Source: Rhizodiscina lignyota
Lineage: Eukaryota
NCBI GenBank assembly: GCA_010015805.1
Contig: ML978128.1
Span: forward strand, 1,488,001-1,552,000
Direction of reading: 5' to 3'
DNA length: 64,000 nucleotides
Shown: positions 1-12,897 of the stretch, one piece after another
How the letters are laid out: each line of letters begins with the position of its first letter
Position numbering within the stretch: the stretch's first letter is position 1
The notes under the pieces: model-generated
The model's input: the letters and a program-made list of their open reading frames with translations, nothing else
Told to the model about the DNA's origin: nothing
Database searches by the model: none
Translations under genes and position numbers: made by a program

Positions 1-1288
1 GGATGTTCGACCTTCAGCCGCGAGGCGTGGGAGATAAATTTAGCCCCATGTTTCGAAACATGTTCACGAAACAGCCAAACAACGGCGGCAAACCTCACAG
101 GGAATAAGTCCGAAATGATTGATGACGGGGTATCGAGCTCCTCCATGGAGTAGTCGTTAACTTCCTGTTCCTATCGAAAGAGAAAAGAGAGTTTGCACCG
201 TGCGCCTCCTTTCAAATGCCGGCACGTCGGCGCAAATCTTGTCAATGCAGATCTGCGGCTCCTCAAAGCTTGAACGCACGTCCTGAGGCTCGACCGTTCT
301 CTTGAGGCTCTGCTTAGCTGCTACTTGGTCTTTTATCCTGTTTCAATAAGTCGGTGAGTTGTTGGAGAAGTCCGAGAGTGGAGGCTGCGGCCGCTGAGGC
401 CGCGATCAATCGCTCACTGATCCAGCAACTTGCGTGACAAGACGTTTATTTCTCAATCATCATGGGCTCTCCCAGATTTCAGCAAAAAATCATTCAGCGT
501 TGTTATTGTACTCAGACCTACAATCCGTTTTGTAGCCCTCAGCACTGGTTTTCCTATTCGAGGATTGGAGCAGTCCTCACCGGTGACATGCTGAGAAAGG
601 CCTTGTTATATTTCAAATTCTCACAATCATTTTCGCAGATACAGGTATAACGAAAGTTGGGATTTAACAAATTTACCATTGATCGGCGTGGTTTATCAAC
701 AAATCCTCGACTCTTTTCAATTTCACCAGTTTAGTACACTCCGAAGAACATTGAACTAAGCTTTCAGAGATAGTTTCGTCTACTTTAACTCGTCCTGAGA
801 CCAGCTGGGAGAAACACCTTCTTCTTTCGCTGCTATCCCACTCTCGGTGATGGATACAGTTAGCAACTATTCTCTCAAGGCCAACCGCCATCGTCCCTGA
901 CACCGACCTCCCGGCTGAGCAATCACGACTTTTACGATGTCGATGCTCGACCCTCGAGCGCAACAATAGCAATGAAGCAGAAGGACGCGCTAGGAATTCC
1001 GCGAGCGACCGAGTATAGTCACTAGTCACGGCGAGTGAAGCAGCAACAGCTCAAATTTTAAGTCTGGCTCTGCCCCAATTGTCATTTGTAAAGGGCGTGT
1101 AGGAGTCGTTGCTCGTGACTTTGCATCCGAAACACCTATATCCAGCGCTGTACAGTGCTCTAATGGCGCTGCCAGGGCCTCTGTAGTCATGACAGTCAGT
1201 CCGATCTAACCACCATGCTCGGTGAAAGTGCTCGGCTAATGGTGAATCGATGCCAAGAAGTTCGGACGCCTTGCCAGTAAAAGGCCAC

Positions 1289-1392
1289 TTGAACACTACT
1301 TGAACACCCTCTTAAACACACCCTCTTAAACACGCCCCCTTAAACATCTCTTGAACATACTCTTTAAACACTACTTGAACACTCCTTGAACA
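1289..1392. repeat. Degenerate minisatellite: nine TTRAACA cores spaced 11-14 bp apart
   Basis: TTGAACA at 1289, 1300, 1351, 1375, 1386; TTAAACA at 1312, 1326, 1340, 1364. Confidence 0.85.
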
Positions 1393-1798
1393 CCAAGCCG
1401 TTGATGCCTAATACACAATGGCACTGCCTGCGGAGGCAGCAAATACGGAGACATAGTTAAATTCGAATGGTGTGTAGTTAGAGCCAAGTTCAGGAAATAT
1501 GTTCATAACATGTTAAGCGGAAGGCTGGGAAACTTGCAGAATAAGGATCGCTGGTGCATATCAACGATCTTCATGGCGAGTCGTTGAGTCAATAGCATGT
1601 ATAGTTATTATTGCATTCTGTATCGCCCATGGGTCCCAGTACGTGCGGAGCGGAAAAGTGATCAACACCTCTGTGAAGACAGATTGCCGTCAGTGGTCGG
1701 CATGTCTGGGTCTAATGCCATAAAACCAAGAGAAGAGTGGAGAAGTCCAATCCATGCATCTGTCATGAAGGCTATGAAGAGATGATGTCCAGCCCCAC

Positions 1799-2899
1799 TT
1801 ATATGTGGATTTGCGGCTTCGCTACAGGCCTACCGTCCCTGTACCCATCCAAAGCTTCATTCACTTTGTCGGCATCCAGCCCCTCGATGACGGAGAATGG
1901 GGTTGGTGTGATAACTTGTCCCTCGATCCACCCTGGCACCATTTCCCAATATGGTTTGCTCAGACCCGGTATGCTTGGGTCTGCCAAAATAGGTCTCCGC
2001 TCGTAGCCTGCTCTCTTCTCTCCAATCTTGGTCTCATCAACACTCGCTGTACGCACAAGAACTGCCAATTTGCCCCTCTTCGAACTGGAAAGAGCCCTTA
2101 CACCGAGCGTGTGCTCTCCTGGACCACTACTAACACAATCCAACGCATACACGAGGTCATCGCCGACAACTTCACGGATCTCGTAATCAATCTCGTCCAA
2201 AGTCCCATGGCGGTCGATGACGTGCGTCGCGCCGAGTCTCTTCAATTCTGCTTCACCCTTGATTTTCGAAGCAACGGCAACAATTGTGCCAATGCCGGCG
2301 TACTTGCTCCATTGGATGGCGAACTTGCCACATGCAGACCCACCGCCGATAATGAGGATTTGTTGAGACGCGTAATCGAATGATCCCGCCTCTGGCGTGC
2401 CGAATGGTGGGGGTATCCCAAGTCCGTCGTTCCCGAACAGTCCTACGAACGCTGTATATGGATTGAGAGCTAGTGTAGCAGCGTCGTCGCCGCTTATGCC
2501 AACCGGGACTTTCGCGGAGACGTCCGCCAAGGCAATGGCGTATTCTTGCGTCCCACATTGGTCAGGATCTGTCGGCCAACCTTGGGTGAAGATTTGGTCG
2601 CCGATTGCAAACTTCGAAACGCCCGGTCCAACCTTGGTCACAGTGCCCACGATGTCAATGGCTAACGGGGTGGGCAGGATGTCGGCTATGAAGAGGCCAT
2701 ATGAACGGGAAGATGAATCATGAGGATTGACTACGGATACCATGTTAGCTCAATGAGTTCTCTTCAGAGTGCGATTCGACTCACGTCCTGCGACTTCAAC
2801 TTTGACAAGAACTTCGCCCTCCTTAGGTTCGGGAATAGCTCGGTCGATGAAGACCATTGGAGCGCCAATTTGGCTGACCACGAGAGATCTTTGTGACAT
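1799..2899 (-). CDS. MDR-superfamily oxidoreductase (enoyl-reductase-like / zinc-type alcohol dehydrogenase-like), 2 exons
   Basis: Exon 1 is 2899-2785 (MSQRSLVV...VKVEVAG). The GTGAGT...GCTAAC...TAG intron at 2784-2731 joins to give VAGLNPHD. Rossmann motif GGGSACG; no zinc-ligand GHE motif. Confidence 0.88.
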
Positions 2900-3599
2900 T
2901 CCGGAACTGTCTTCGAGTCTGCGTTTTGATTGAGAGTATAGTAGTGAGAGATGTAGCGGAGCTGCTTCCGTGTCCATTCTTTTTCGCATTGCGCTGGGCA
3001 ATATATAGACTATCGGACACCGGATTAGTCAAGCGCTACTGTTCTTGATTAATCTTCCAACCAAAGATGCCGTAGGACGCTCGCAAGAGTAAATGCTAGT
3101 TGACTAATCAACTTTAATTTAAATGAGGAACAAGTCTTTAAGTACTGCTCAAAAAGGTGAAGCTGATGATAATGGGAAACGTATGTAATTCGACCAGAAG
3201 ATGGTTGTACAGGAAGATATTGAGATGATTATAATCAAAAGACGAAAACGGTGCTAGCTCTACTTCCTTATATGTTAACGCTACATTTCCATTTACGTCG
3301 AAGCTCTGACGCCACGCCTCAGGCGCCGCAAGGATTGCAGAGACATCCATCTGATGACTGTACGTCTCCACGGCTTGGAAGAAACTCAAGATCCTTGTGC
3401 CGCTATTGCGGTGATGAAAAAGTGGTGGTGGTGGTTTTGGATGAGCTAGCTGGCAATCTTGGTGCCGCTCCCTCGTGAGCTTGAGCGGGCCGCAGCTCGC
3501 AAGCGGGAGAAACAGGTGGAGCAGGTTAGCAGATCGGCGAGAAGAGAATTCTTCGCAGTAAGTGGTACTAACTGCTTCGTATAGCTAACCATCGATGGA

Positions 3600-4260
3600 G
3601 GGCGATGAGGGAGTTTATAGGAGGTCGCCGATGTTGGGCATACAGTTCTGGAGTGATGTGATGACAGATCCCGGATTTGGTAAGGAGCTGTACTTACCGT
3701 ACTTTCATGTTAGGGTTGGCTTGGTTAGTGTTATCCTAGGCCTGATCTGTGCTATCCTGTTTGCGCGCGACAGTATAACTCTAACACGTACTCTAAGTCG
3801 GAATTACGCGTAGGTGTGAGTGACGTCAAAGAGCGTGTCATTTGAGTGCTACGAGAAAGGATACTAAGGAGAGAGGTAGTTATAAGCCGTGCAAAGGACG
3901 AAAGGGAGTGTACGCTTTGGTGGGAGACCACGGCAAAACACCGGCGGACCGTACGCTACCTCGATACGTCTTTCGGGGACAAATCGCGTCCCGAGGTTGC
4001 CCTATCCAGCCTAGCGTATGTTAATAGATATTCGCACTAATCGTGGTAGGACTGAGGACTTTTACGTTGTTCCCTAATATTATAAGCCTTATAGATAATT
4101 CTAGCTAAGAACATGTTTAGCACACTTTTAAGTACCGATAAGGAGCTAATTAGGCGTGCGCGTCCCTGAAGGGAGTTACAGTAAAGAGATTAACGATACG
4201 TAAGACTTATATCATACAGGGCAGGGTAAAGGGGGTGCCTTATAGTGTCCCTAGTCCCTG
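3600..4260. mobile_element. Probable RIP-degraded repeat relic
   Basis: Visibly TpA-rich and CpA/TpG-poor, most clearly at 4020-4250, with no credible ORF. Ends in a terminus-like GTCCCTAGTCCCTG whose partner end was not found. Boundaries approximate. Confidence 0.4.
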
Positions 4261-4408
4261 TGGAGGTCAATCCCAACATGGAAGTGCAGTTTTCTAACAG
4301 CATAGCTCCTTACCAAGCCCTGACAGATCCACATTGGGATACCCCTTCCAAGCGAAATATTCCCGAAACATGGCGTCGAGTAACAAAGACTTATCAACCT
4401 CTTCCAAC

Positions 4409-5084
4409 ATGCCTGCTTTGAAGTTTGTGCGGTCGGTACGTCTCTCCGTAACATTTTCGCCTTGACATTTCGCCAATTGACGCGTAAGAGCAGGTCTGGG
4501 AGAGCTTTAGAGCGAGCTCCGGGTTGGAACCCCGGCTGCTGGATTCTGTATGATCTCAAACCCTACGATCCTTCTCGTGGCGATCTAAATATTGATTCCA
4601 TGCAGCTCAGAGTCACGGCCGCGAGTCCTGGGAAGGTCAACTTCGAGCTCGACATTCTCAAGGAGCACACGAACCGGCTCAACATCCTCCATGGCGGGAC
4701 GATTGCCAGCATGGGTAGGCGATTTCCTCTTTCAGCCATCTATCTGAGTATATATACGGTAACTGACTAATGCCAGTTGATCTTGGTGGGTCTTTGGCTG
4801 TAGCTTCGAGGGGCCTCTTTGCAACTGGCGTATCAACGGACCTCAATGTCACGTATCTCAGCTCCGGTGGCAAGATAGGTGACACTATCAAGGCCGAAGT
4901 GACCTGTGACAAGTTTGGCAAGACGCTTGCGTATACATCAATAAAATTCTTCAACGGCAAAGACGAATTGGTGGCGAGAGGTTCTCATACAAAGTATGTG
5001 GCACTGGCCTGGAAGGATCCGAACAATATCGTGGAGCAGCTCTCGTCAAGGTCTTCTAAAAACTCATCAGCCTCACCTTCATGA
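4409..5084 (+). CDS. Hotdog-fold acyl-CoA thioesterase (PaaI / ACOT13-THEM2-like), 4 exons
   Basis: Exons 4409-4435, 4494-4547, 4606-4714, 4777-5084, all with GT-AG introns. Motifs NRLNILHGGTIASMVD and GVSTDLNVTYL. Confidence 0.92.
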
Positions 5085-5210
5085 GACTCGACTTATAGTC
5101 AGATTCACTAGCACTTCGATAGACCATAATATCTCGTGTTACAACAGTCGAGTGCAGCGGTTTGGTATCTCTGGTATCATTGTCATCTTTTGGGTTCAGG
5201 AGCCTTGAGA

Positions 5211-8200
5211 TCACACATAAGTTTCCTCATCAATCTCGGGTCCCATCTCCTCCTCCACTTCATCATTGATCAACCCCACCTCATCGTCATCCAGATCTGC
5301 ATCTTTCATTGCTACTTCAGCCACTGGCGGTAGCATGCCACCTCCCTCCTTCAAAGCTTTCACTTTTGCCTGTGTCATCTCAAATACATATTGGCCCAAA
5401 TGCTCAACGCCCTCCATCTCCGCCATACGTCCCTTCTCTACCTTATCCACCAGCACCCGGCTCGTGGGATACATCTCGTTTGTCACGACAGTCAACTTGG
5501 TGGGATGCTGAAGGAGGAGATCGAATGCCTCTTTCAACTCGTAAGCGGACTCAAACACTTCGCGGCGACCGAAGACGTAGAGACCAAGACGAGCACGGGA
5601 AAGGGCAACGGTAAGACGGCGGATGTCCCGCAAGTAGCCAACACGACTAGTGCGGACCAGTGAGAGCAGGATGTCTGTAACGATTAGCAAATTGATGACA
5701 GCAGCACTGTCACGTGACTTACAGTCATTTTGCTCGCCCTGGTACTTGTCCACTGTCGCCACGATTCTCGGCATTCCGAACAGCCTGTTGTCTTTGCAGC
5801 GATGGGTCAAGACATCTCTGATGAGCGCCCTTTGCCCGGCATATGTAGTCAAGATACTGATCTTGTTGGCCGGATATCCGAGCAAGCGCATGTACATGTA
5901 CATCGCAACCACGTACTCAGCCTCACCCAAATTCTGTATGAAGTGCGGCGTTGGTTCCATCTCACCACGGCCTTTGTAGTCTGGAACATCGATGAACTGA
6001 TACTCGTATCGGAATCCAGCATTGGCGTTTACGAACTCGGGAAGAGTCTCGACCGTGGGAAGATTGCCGAGTTTCGGATACCTCCACTTGTACAGCTCTG
6101 CAAGACTTGGGCGGGCACGACCCTGTTGATCGAGCATAATAGTCGGTACACCCAGGCGAACAAGGCGCAGGAAGAGGCTTTGCTCAAGATTGGCATACTG
6201 GCGGAAAGCGAGATTTTCGATGATCGGAGAGTTTTGAAGGTGATCCCCACAGAGCACAACACGCTGAAGTGGTACTTGGCCATCTTGGGGCTTCTGCAAA
6301 GCCATAGGAATGAAGTTTTCAATTTCGGTGATTTGTGCCGCTTCTTCCATGACGACGTTGTCATAGTGGAAACCGAGGTCGGAAATTTCTTGGCGACGCA
6401 TAGCCGCATGTGTTGAGGTCATGGCGATGATACGAGCTTCTTTGATGAGGAGGTAGTTCGCCTTGTCGCGAGGGTTTCGGAGAATTTCGAAGGGCCGGAT
6501 ATCTTCTAATTCAGAGAATATCTTCTCAATGTGCCTGTAGCAGCCTGCAGCAATCTCCACAGCCTTCTCTTTTGGGACACCCGGTGGAAACAGCGGTTGT
6601 GGAGCATTTGAGAAGTACGCATGGAAGGGGAATGTCTCGACGATCTGCTGAAGATCCGACTCGTCGGACTGAACGAGATTCCAGTACTTTGTCCAAGCTG
6701 GCTTGATGTAGACAGAGTTGAAGTAGTCTGCCGTCTCGCATGTGCTTCCATGCGCACCTTGTGCACTGATACTAACGGCTAGGCGATGAACTTCCGCAAG
6801 GTACCGCTGTCCAAGTTCCAAGAACGACTCGACGCGGCCATACTTGCTGTAACTTCCCTCAGTCACAAGCTCCTCCTCACCATGTCCCAATCTTAGAAGA
6901 TGGCGTTCGTCGATATCCAGTGCAACAATCTTTTGGAAAAGCTGGTTTAAGGCTTGGTTGCTATGCGCGACTAGGAGGGTGCGTTGCGAGGGAAAGTTGT
7001 GATAGATGTTATTGATGATCTGCGTGGCAACATCCGTCTTGCCGGTTCCAGGAGGTCCGACGATGATGGTTAGGCCGGGCTGTGTGCCAGAGGTGATGGC
7101 TTCAATCTGCGATGGTGTGAAGCGAACTTGATTCGTCTTGGGGATGTCGGTTGGATATGGACCGGTGTTGGGAGGCTTATAAGTAGACACCTTAATTGTC
7201 TCCACAACTGGCGCCGGAGGTGGGTCTTCGTCTCGCCTTCTCTTCTTTGAAGGTCGAGGAGCCGGTGCAGCCTCTTCTGTCTCTTTCGTCTCGAGAACAT
7301 ACGGCGGGCCAAAGCTGCCTTCGACATCCTCGCTTGGTTCAATGACCTTGCCTGGTAAGCTCTCTATCAAGTGCTGCCAATCGGTGAATGTATCTCGAAA
7401 ATCGATAGATTGTAGTCGATTCGGTAGACGCTTGTAAGTAGCACCTGCAGGGTCACCGTAACCGAGGAAGACATCTTGCAGCCAAGCAGGTGCCGGAACG
7501 TCCGAGAGGGTCAGGCGCTTGATTGACTCCAGGATGGGCTTAAAATTATTCTCTCGCCCTCGGCGACGTATGATGAGATTAATCCTTTCATACGGATTTG
7601 TCACCATCTCACCCTTAGCAACTCGATCCATATCATGCTGATACGCAACAGGGTCAAGTTTGAGAATTAATCGGCGTTGGCGCACACGATGTGTGTGGCC
7701 GTTTGCCTGGCCACCTGAGCGTTCTCGTAATGGCCGGCCGTTCTCGTCTTGAATCTGCAGGACTTCTGCCGTCCGCAAGAATTGAAGACCGAGTTTTTCC
7801 TTTTCTGTCTGAAGCTCGGCGGAGCTGCCATTCGTGAGCATCATACGGCTTTGCGCTGCAGGCGGGCGAACAGCGGCCAGGAAGACCACATCATCTGGGC
7901 GCAAACTTTCCCATTCCTGGCGGACCGTGAAATTGAGCCTGCTGACGTCGAGAATCACTTCGCCACGAACTTGTGCGGGAGCTTCCTCGCCAACATCTGC
8001 CGAAGATATATCTTGCACAGCAACCTTAGGAATGGGTAGTGCCATTCGTGAGAAGCCATCGAATCTCACTTCTGTTCCCATCGAGCTGGCTTGGACTCGC
8101 CTTATCGTATCTTCTACATGTTTCCGAATACCGTAGAAGGATTCACTTCGGTAGAGGATGAATGCTCTCCAAAGGAAATCACCCATTGTCAGATATTGCA

Positions 8201-9710
8201 GGTTCAACTTTGGAATAGCCAGGGGTCTCGACCCATTGTACGTGTCATCGCGGAGGAAAGTTTCTTCGTAGAGTGATTGCTCCGTAGGAACAATTGTGAA
8301 GTCTCGAACCTCATCTCGGAATGTGGGTTTCCTCTCGTGGGATGAAATGATCAATTCCGTGAAAAAGTCGCGGTCTCGGGGGATGAGAGAGTTCCGAGGA
8401 TACTCTGTCCGAAAGTCCAAGAGAGTGCACAAACGTTCTAGATCACCCATATCAAGGACGCTGAGATGGTCTTCCAGATCTTTTCTGCTCTCCAAAGCCC
8501 CATAGTTTGCTAAGGCGAGGAGCTTCAATTTTTGGCCAAATTGCTTGATTGCGATCCGTTGGAGTTTTGACAATGCGGCATAATGAGACTGGTGGTCTTC
8601 AATGCTTGTACGTTGCTGACCAGACTGATCCTCAATTGGGAATGACGTATAATGGTCGAAAAGATTGAAAAGGTCTCGGAAGAGTCCGTTCTCTTTGTGG
8701 TTGAAGACGTGTGACAGCCTGACAGCAGCCGATAGATTGAGGTCCTGGATGAGAGCATTCACGTAGCGTCGTGTAGGCAGTTGGCTCTGGAGATCAATGA
8801 GCAGTTCCAAGAGTCGCTCACAGAACAATACCCTTTCTGCAGCGCCCTCCTTACTAGTATCGTAGACCTTGTCCAAGAATTCCAGAAGCAGCGTGAACAA
8901 CCATGATCGCTCAAAAAGCTGTCGAGATTTAGTCTCATCATCCGCGGCATCGAACCTTCGTCCAGATGCTCTCCATGCTCGTTTCAGAACTTGATTCGCT
9001 TCGAGCTTCGCCTCCCTCACGCGCTCGCTATGCAAGTTGTGCCAGATGGAAATGGACACCAGCGGTGCCAACTCTTTTCGCACCAAGCCAATGTCGAGTG
9101 ACTGGAATGCCCCCACGATGAATGATATCAGGTGTATGCGAATGTTCTGGGGAAGGGATTGGTCGAGGATCAGGTTGAGGATGCGGCGGAAGAAATAAGA
9201 GAACTCGTCAGGCCTGTCGCCAAAGAGATCTGTATACGATCAGTGAGAGCCGTACATATATAACTAGCAGATACATACCCCAAGCAGGAAGTCCTTCTCT
9301 GCGCTTAACGTTCACAAAGATTGCTACGAGGAGGATGTGGTAGTTCGATGCCTCTTCAGAGAAACCGGGCCACAGGTATCTGAGCATGTCAGCTCTTCCG
9401 TTGAACTCGTATACCGATTGGAACACACTCACTTCTCCAGAACTTGAAGGTTTTCTAGAATCAACAATGATCCATATGAGAAACCATCCTTCTCCAAGCT
9501 GTCCCAGAGTTCCGACTTGAGGATGTTTGACTTCACCGTCGGCGCTTTCTTCGCTTTGAGCCAATGCTTTCGCGCAAATTGCGCGTATTGGTTCTCGCCA
9601 TGGAGGTCCGACACCGTCGGTCGAGCGTGTAGAGCAGAAAAGTTGCCCTGCGAGGTCACGATTGGAACCGTCGAGCCGTTACTCGATCGTGGCCTCGGTT
9701 CGGGGTCCAT
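5211..9710 (-). CDS. cwf11: Intron-binding spliceosomal SF1 RNA helicase Aquarius (AQR/IBP160/Cwf11), 4 exons
   Basis: Exons 9710-9433, 9379-9279, 9229-5723, 5674-5211. Motifs LEKYLWP, PKLNLQYL, GPPGTGKT, MEEAAQI, TVDKYQG and VALSRARLGLY. Confidence 0.96.
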
Positions 9711-11679
9711 TTTGAACGACGACTGAGAAACTCAGCCTCGCGGTTCTCTTTTGGTATCAAGTAGTAAGTGTCATTGGTGAGCAAGTCGCGTGCTCTCAAG
9801 GCGATGTTTTCTATCGCGTTTTCCTGCTGAAAGGCTTGGCAAAGCATCAAAGATGCGCGACCAATCGGAGACGTGAATTCTCCGCAAACTACCTTAGCTT
9901 AGACCTCTCACAATGAACTCAACCAAGAAGCTAATCATGCGCTGTATTAAAGGTCAATGAAGAGACACTTAAGTACACTAATATTAACTTAGTGATTATC
10001 AATTCTAACATCATATCCAGAGCGCATCTTTTCCTCGACCTCCCTACATAACCATGCGACCTCCCGGACACTTTCGAATTCTTACCTTTATTTCGCTTCC
10101 AAATTGTCTTCAAAAATGAGGACAACTGAAGTTCTCACGGATCGTAATCGTACCGTACACATGCGACAGGTCGGCCATGTGCCTCCAGCGTTCTCGTCTG
10201 CGTTCATTCCAGGAGTCTGGAGGAACAAGAGCCGCGGAGTGACATATTGAGCGCCCTGCAGAGGTAACAAGCGCTATCTATTCTTTTTGCGCGCCAAACT
10301 TCGCCTTAGCCGCAGTCTTGAAGTGAGAGGCTTGCAGCATCGTTTGATAAATATACAGGAACTTCGTCTATTCTGACCAATCATACGTACCAACGGGTCC
10401 CTAAATATGGAATACAGTGCCATTAATCACGTTGGAGAGGAAGAAAGATTACACAGATCGGTGCCATTTTCATAATTTTCGGCTCCTAATTTGGCCTTGA
10501 GTGAGGGCTGGAAATCTAAATGTCTCCGGACGAAAGTTGTGAGATAGGGCGTTCACTCGTATGCTCGTCTCGTGTCGCATGAACATGATGCCAGCCCAGC
10601 CCGGGCCCAGCCTCCACAGTTTTGCGGCGCAGGGGCCGGTCATTTCATGGGGACAAATAGCCGGTTTTCTGGCGATACTCCGGCATAACGAAACTACGAA
10701 AGCAGTGGACAAGATCATCTTCACCTTAACTCTTACATACGGTAAGCAACAGAAGCTGAGCGACAGCTAATATCTATGAAGCACTCAGGGAATGGATCTA
10801 TACGTATACTGATGCCGTCGACCAATGGTTCAAGCCAAGGCTGTTCCCAAGGGCTTCTGCTCTTGCGACTGATAATCTCCAGGCAGTGTCGGCTCCTCCA
10901 AACTCGAGAATCTATTTTTGGTCAAGACATTGTGAATCTTACCACAACTCACACCTCCTAGTAGGACGAGCAGTCGTCTCGTGTGGGGATGCCTATATGG
11001 CCATTCACGCAATCTCTCCGAACTGTTTGCGCAGGAGGCAATTTTATGAACGTCGCAGCGATCTCACCTTGTTGCATTGATGGGCCGCGTGTCCAAGACC
11101 TTATCAACGTGGGTCAACTGTTTCTCACAACTACCTGCGGGTAACAGCGTTATAACGAACATTTCTTTCAACCAGTGCAGCCTGCATTCTTTCATACGTC
11201 ACAATTTCTGCTCACTGCCGTTTCAAACTTGCTCTGAATTCCTTTCGGGGACTTCTGTATACTGCTTACGGTTCATGCGACTCAGTGAGAGCAGGGATTA
11301 CCAACGCCTACTTCCAATTCTGTCATGGACATGGCTGGACAAGGCACGATTTAACATTTGGCACGAGTGAATTCTCCTTCAAGGGCAGTAGCGCCACCCC
11401 ACGTGCGGAGCTCGAGTAGCAGCGCCGCTTTGCAGCCTAAGGGCGCCAGCAAATCGACAAAGCCAGCAGGCTTAGTTTAGCACTGCCGCTACACGATCCC
11501 CGTCAGCCATGGTCTAATTGCTGCCCTGCAAGCAGTCTCCACTGTAGAAGCAGGGACGCTGTAGTTCATATGCCAACTCAACATTCCAATAACATTAAAT
11601 AGGTCCCGGGAACCCCAAAATCCTTGAATGCCAACTCTCTCACTACTATTATTTTCCACTCTCGTTTCTATCGAGCAAC

Positions 11680-12897
11680 ATGGTTCTGTCTAATAAATTC
11701 CGTCATTTGGCACTTCTATTGACCGCTTCTGGTCTGGCCTCTGCGGCGCCTGCGGCATATGGAAACCTTTCAAAACATTACGCGCTTGAAGCTATCCAGG
11801 CAACAAATACCCTCCAGAAACTCTTTTACAATGGAACAAGTGGGCTTTACTTTGCCATCAATTCCACAAACAATTCTACTGCGCCCGTGTGGTGGAACTC
11901 GGCCAATTGTATCACCACCCTTGCGGACTTGACGGCCATCGATGGGTCGGTTAGCAACACGACAAATCCGATTTTCGCAAATTCTTTCGAGAACGCGCCG
12001 GCATATGTCTTGAATCAAAAGAAGATTGATCCTCAGAACACCTGCATCGGGCAATGGCCGTGGACTTGCCCACCTGGCGTTGAGCCGGAAGAGATTACTC
12101 CTGGTGGATTCGATAACGACTTCTTCGATGACGCTGGCTGGTGGGGTCTAGCATGGGTTAGTGTCTTCGACGTCACTCAAGATGAGACATATCTCAATCA
12201 AGCTGTCGACATATTCAACCGGATGCTATCCGAAGGTTACAACGCAACTTGCGGTGCCATGTGGTGGAACAAAGAGCATGAACAGCAGAACGCAATAACG
12301 AATGAGCTATTTTTAAGCTTGGCAGCCCATATTGGAAACAGAGTTGATAACAGCGACTATTACAGAGGATGGGCTACGAAGCAGTGGGATTGGTTCCAAA
12401 ATAGTGGCTTAATCCAACCGTCTGGTCTTGTTGTCGACACGCTGAACAATGCCACTTGCCAGGCAAACACAAATGACCCAAGCTTCTCATACAATCAGGG
12501 CGTCATTTTGGGCGGACTGATTGAGCTCAACAAACTTGACCCGAATGGCACGTACATCGACATTGCCAATACAATAGCGAAGGCCGCGATCGCCAACCTA
12601 TCCGATGCGAACGGCATTCTCACTGAGTTTAATTCGAACGGCAATCCCGACCTTGGACTCGATTTGCCAACGTTCAAAGGTGTCTTCGCCAGGAATCTGC
12701 AATTTCTGCAACAGGAGACGAAAGACTCCAGCTATGCAAGCTACATCAGGAAGAACGCGGACAGCATCTGGAACACTGACCGTTCCACGATCAACGGCAC
12801 CCTTGGCACTGTGTGGGATCAGTACTTTGGCCAAGATCTTCCTCAAGGTCATTGCGCTGCGATGGATATGCTTGTAGCTGCGGCGGCTGTAAGCTGA
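11680..12897 (+). CDS. Secreted glycoside hydrolase family 76 (alpha-1,6-mannanase-like)
   Basis: Signal peptide; motifs WWNSAN, FFDDAGWWGLAW (catalytic Asp-Asp), NAITNELF, SYNQGVILG, FKGVFARNL. Intronless, with no obvious GPI tail. Confidence 0.92.
   Translation: MVLSNKFRHLALLLTASGLASAAPAAYGNLSKHYALEAIQATNTLQKLFYNGTSGLYFAINSTNNSTAPVWWNSANCITTLADLTAIDGSVSNTTNPIFANSFENAPAYVLNQKKIDPQNTCIGQWPWTCPPGVEPEEITPGGFDNDFFDDAGWWGLAWVSVFDVTQDETYLNQAVDIFNRMLSEGYNATCGAMWWNKEHEQQNAITNELFLSLAAHIGNRVDNSDYYRGWATKQWDWFQNSGLIQPSGLVVDTLNNATCQANTNDPSFSYNQGVILGGLIELNKLDPNGTYIDIANTIAKAAIANLSDANGILTEFNSNGNPDLGLDLPTFKGVFARNLQFLQQETKDSSYASYIRKNADSIWNTDRSTINGTLGTVWDQYFGQDLPQGHCAAMDMLVAAAAVS

Noticed and set aside
1..460. 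Possible minus-strand coding exons running off the left edge
   Set aside because: Open stretches and a plausible acceptor exist, but I could not build a start, a consistent model or a recognisable motif.
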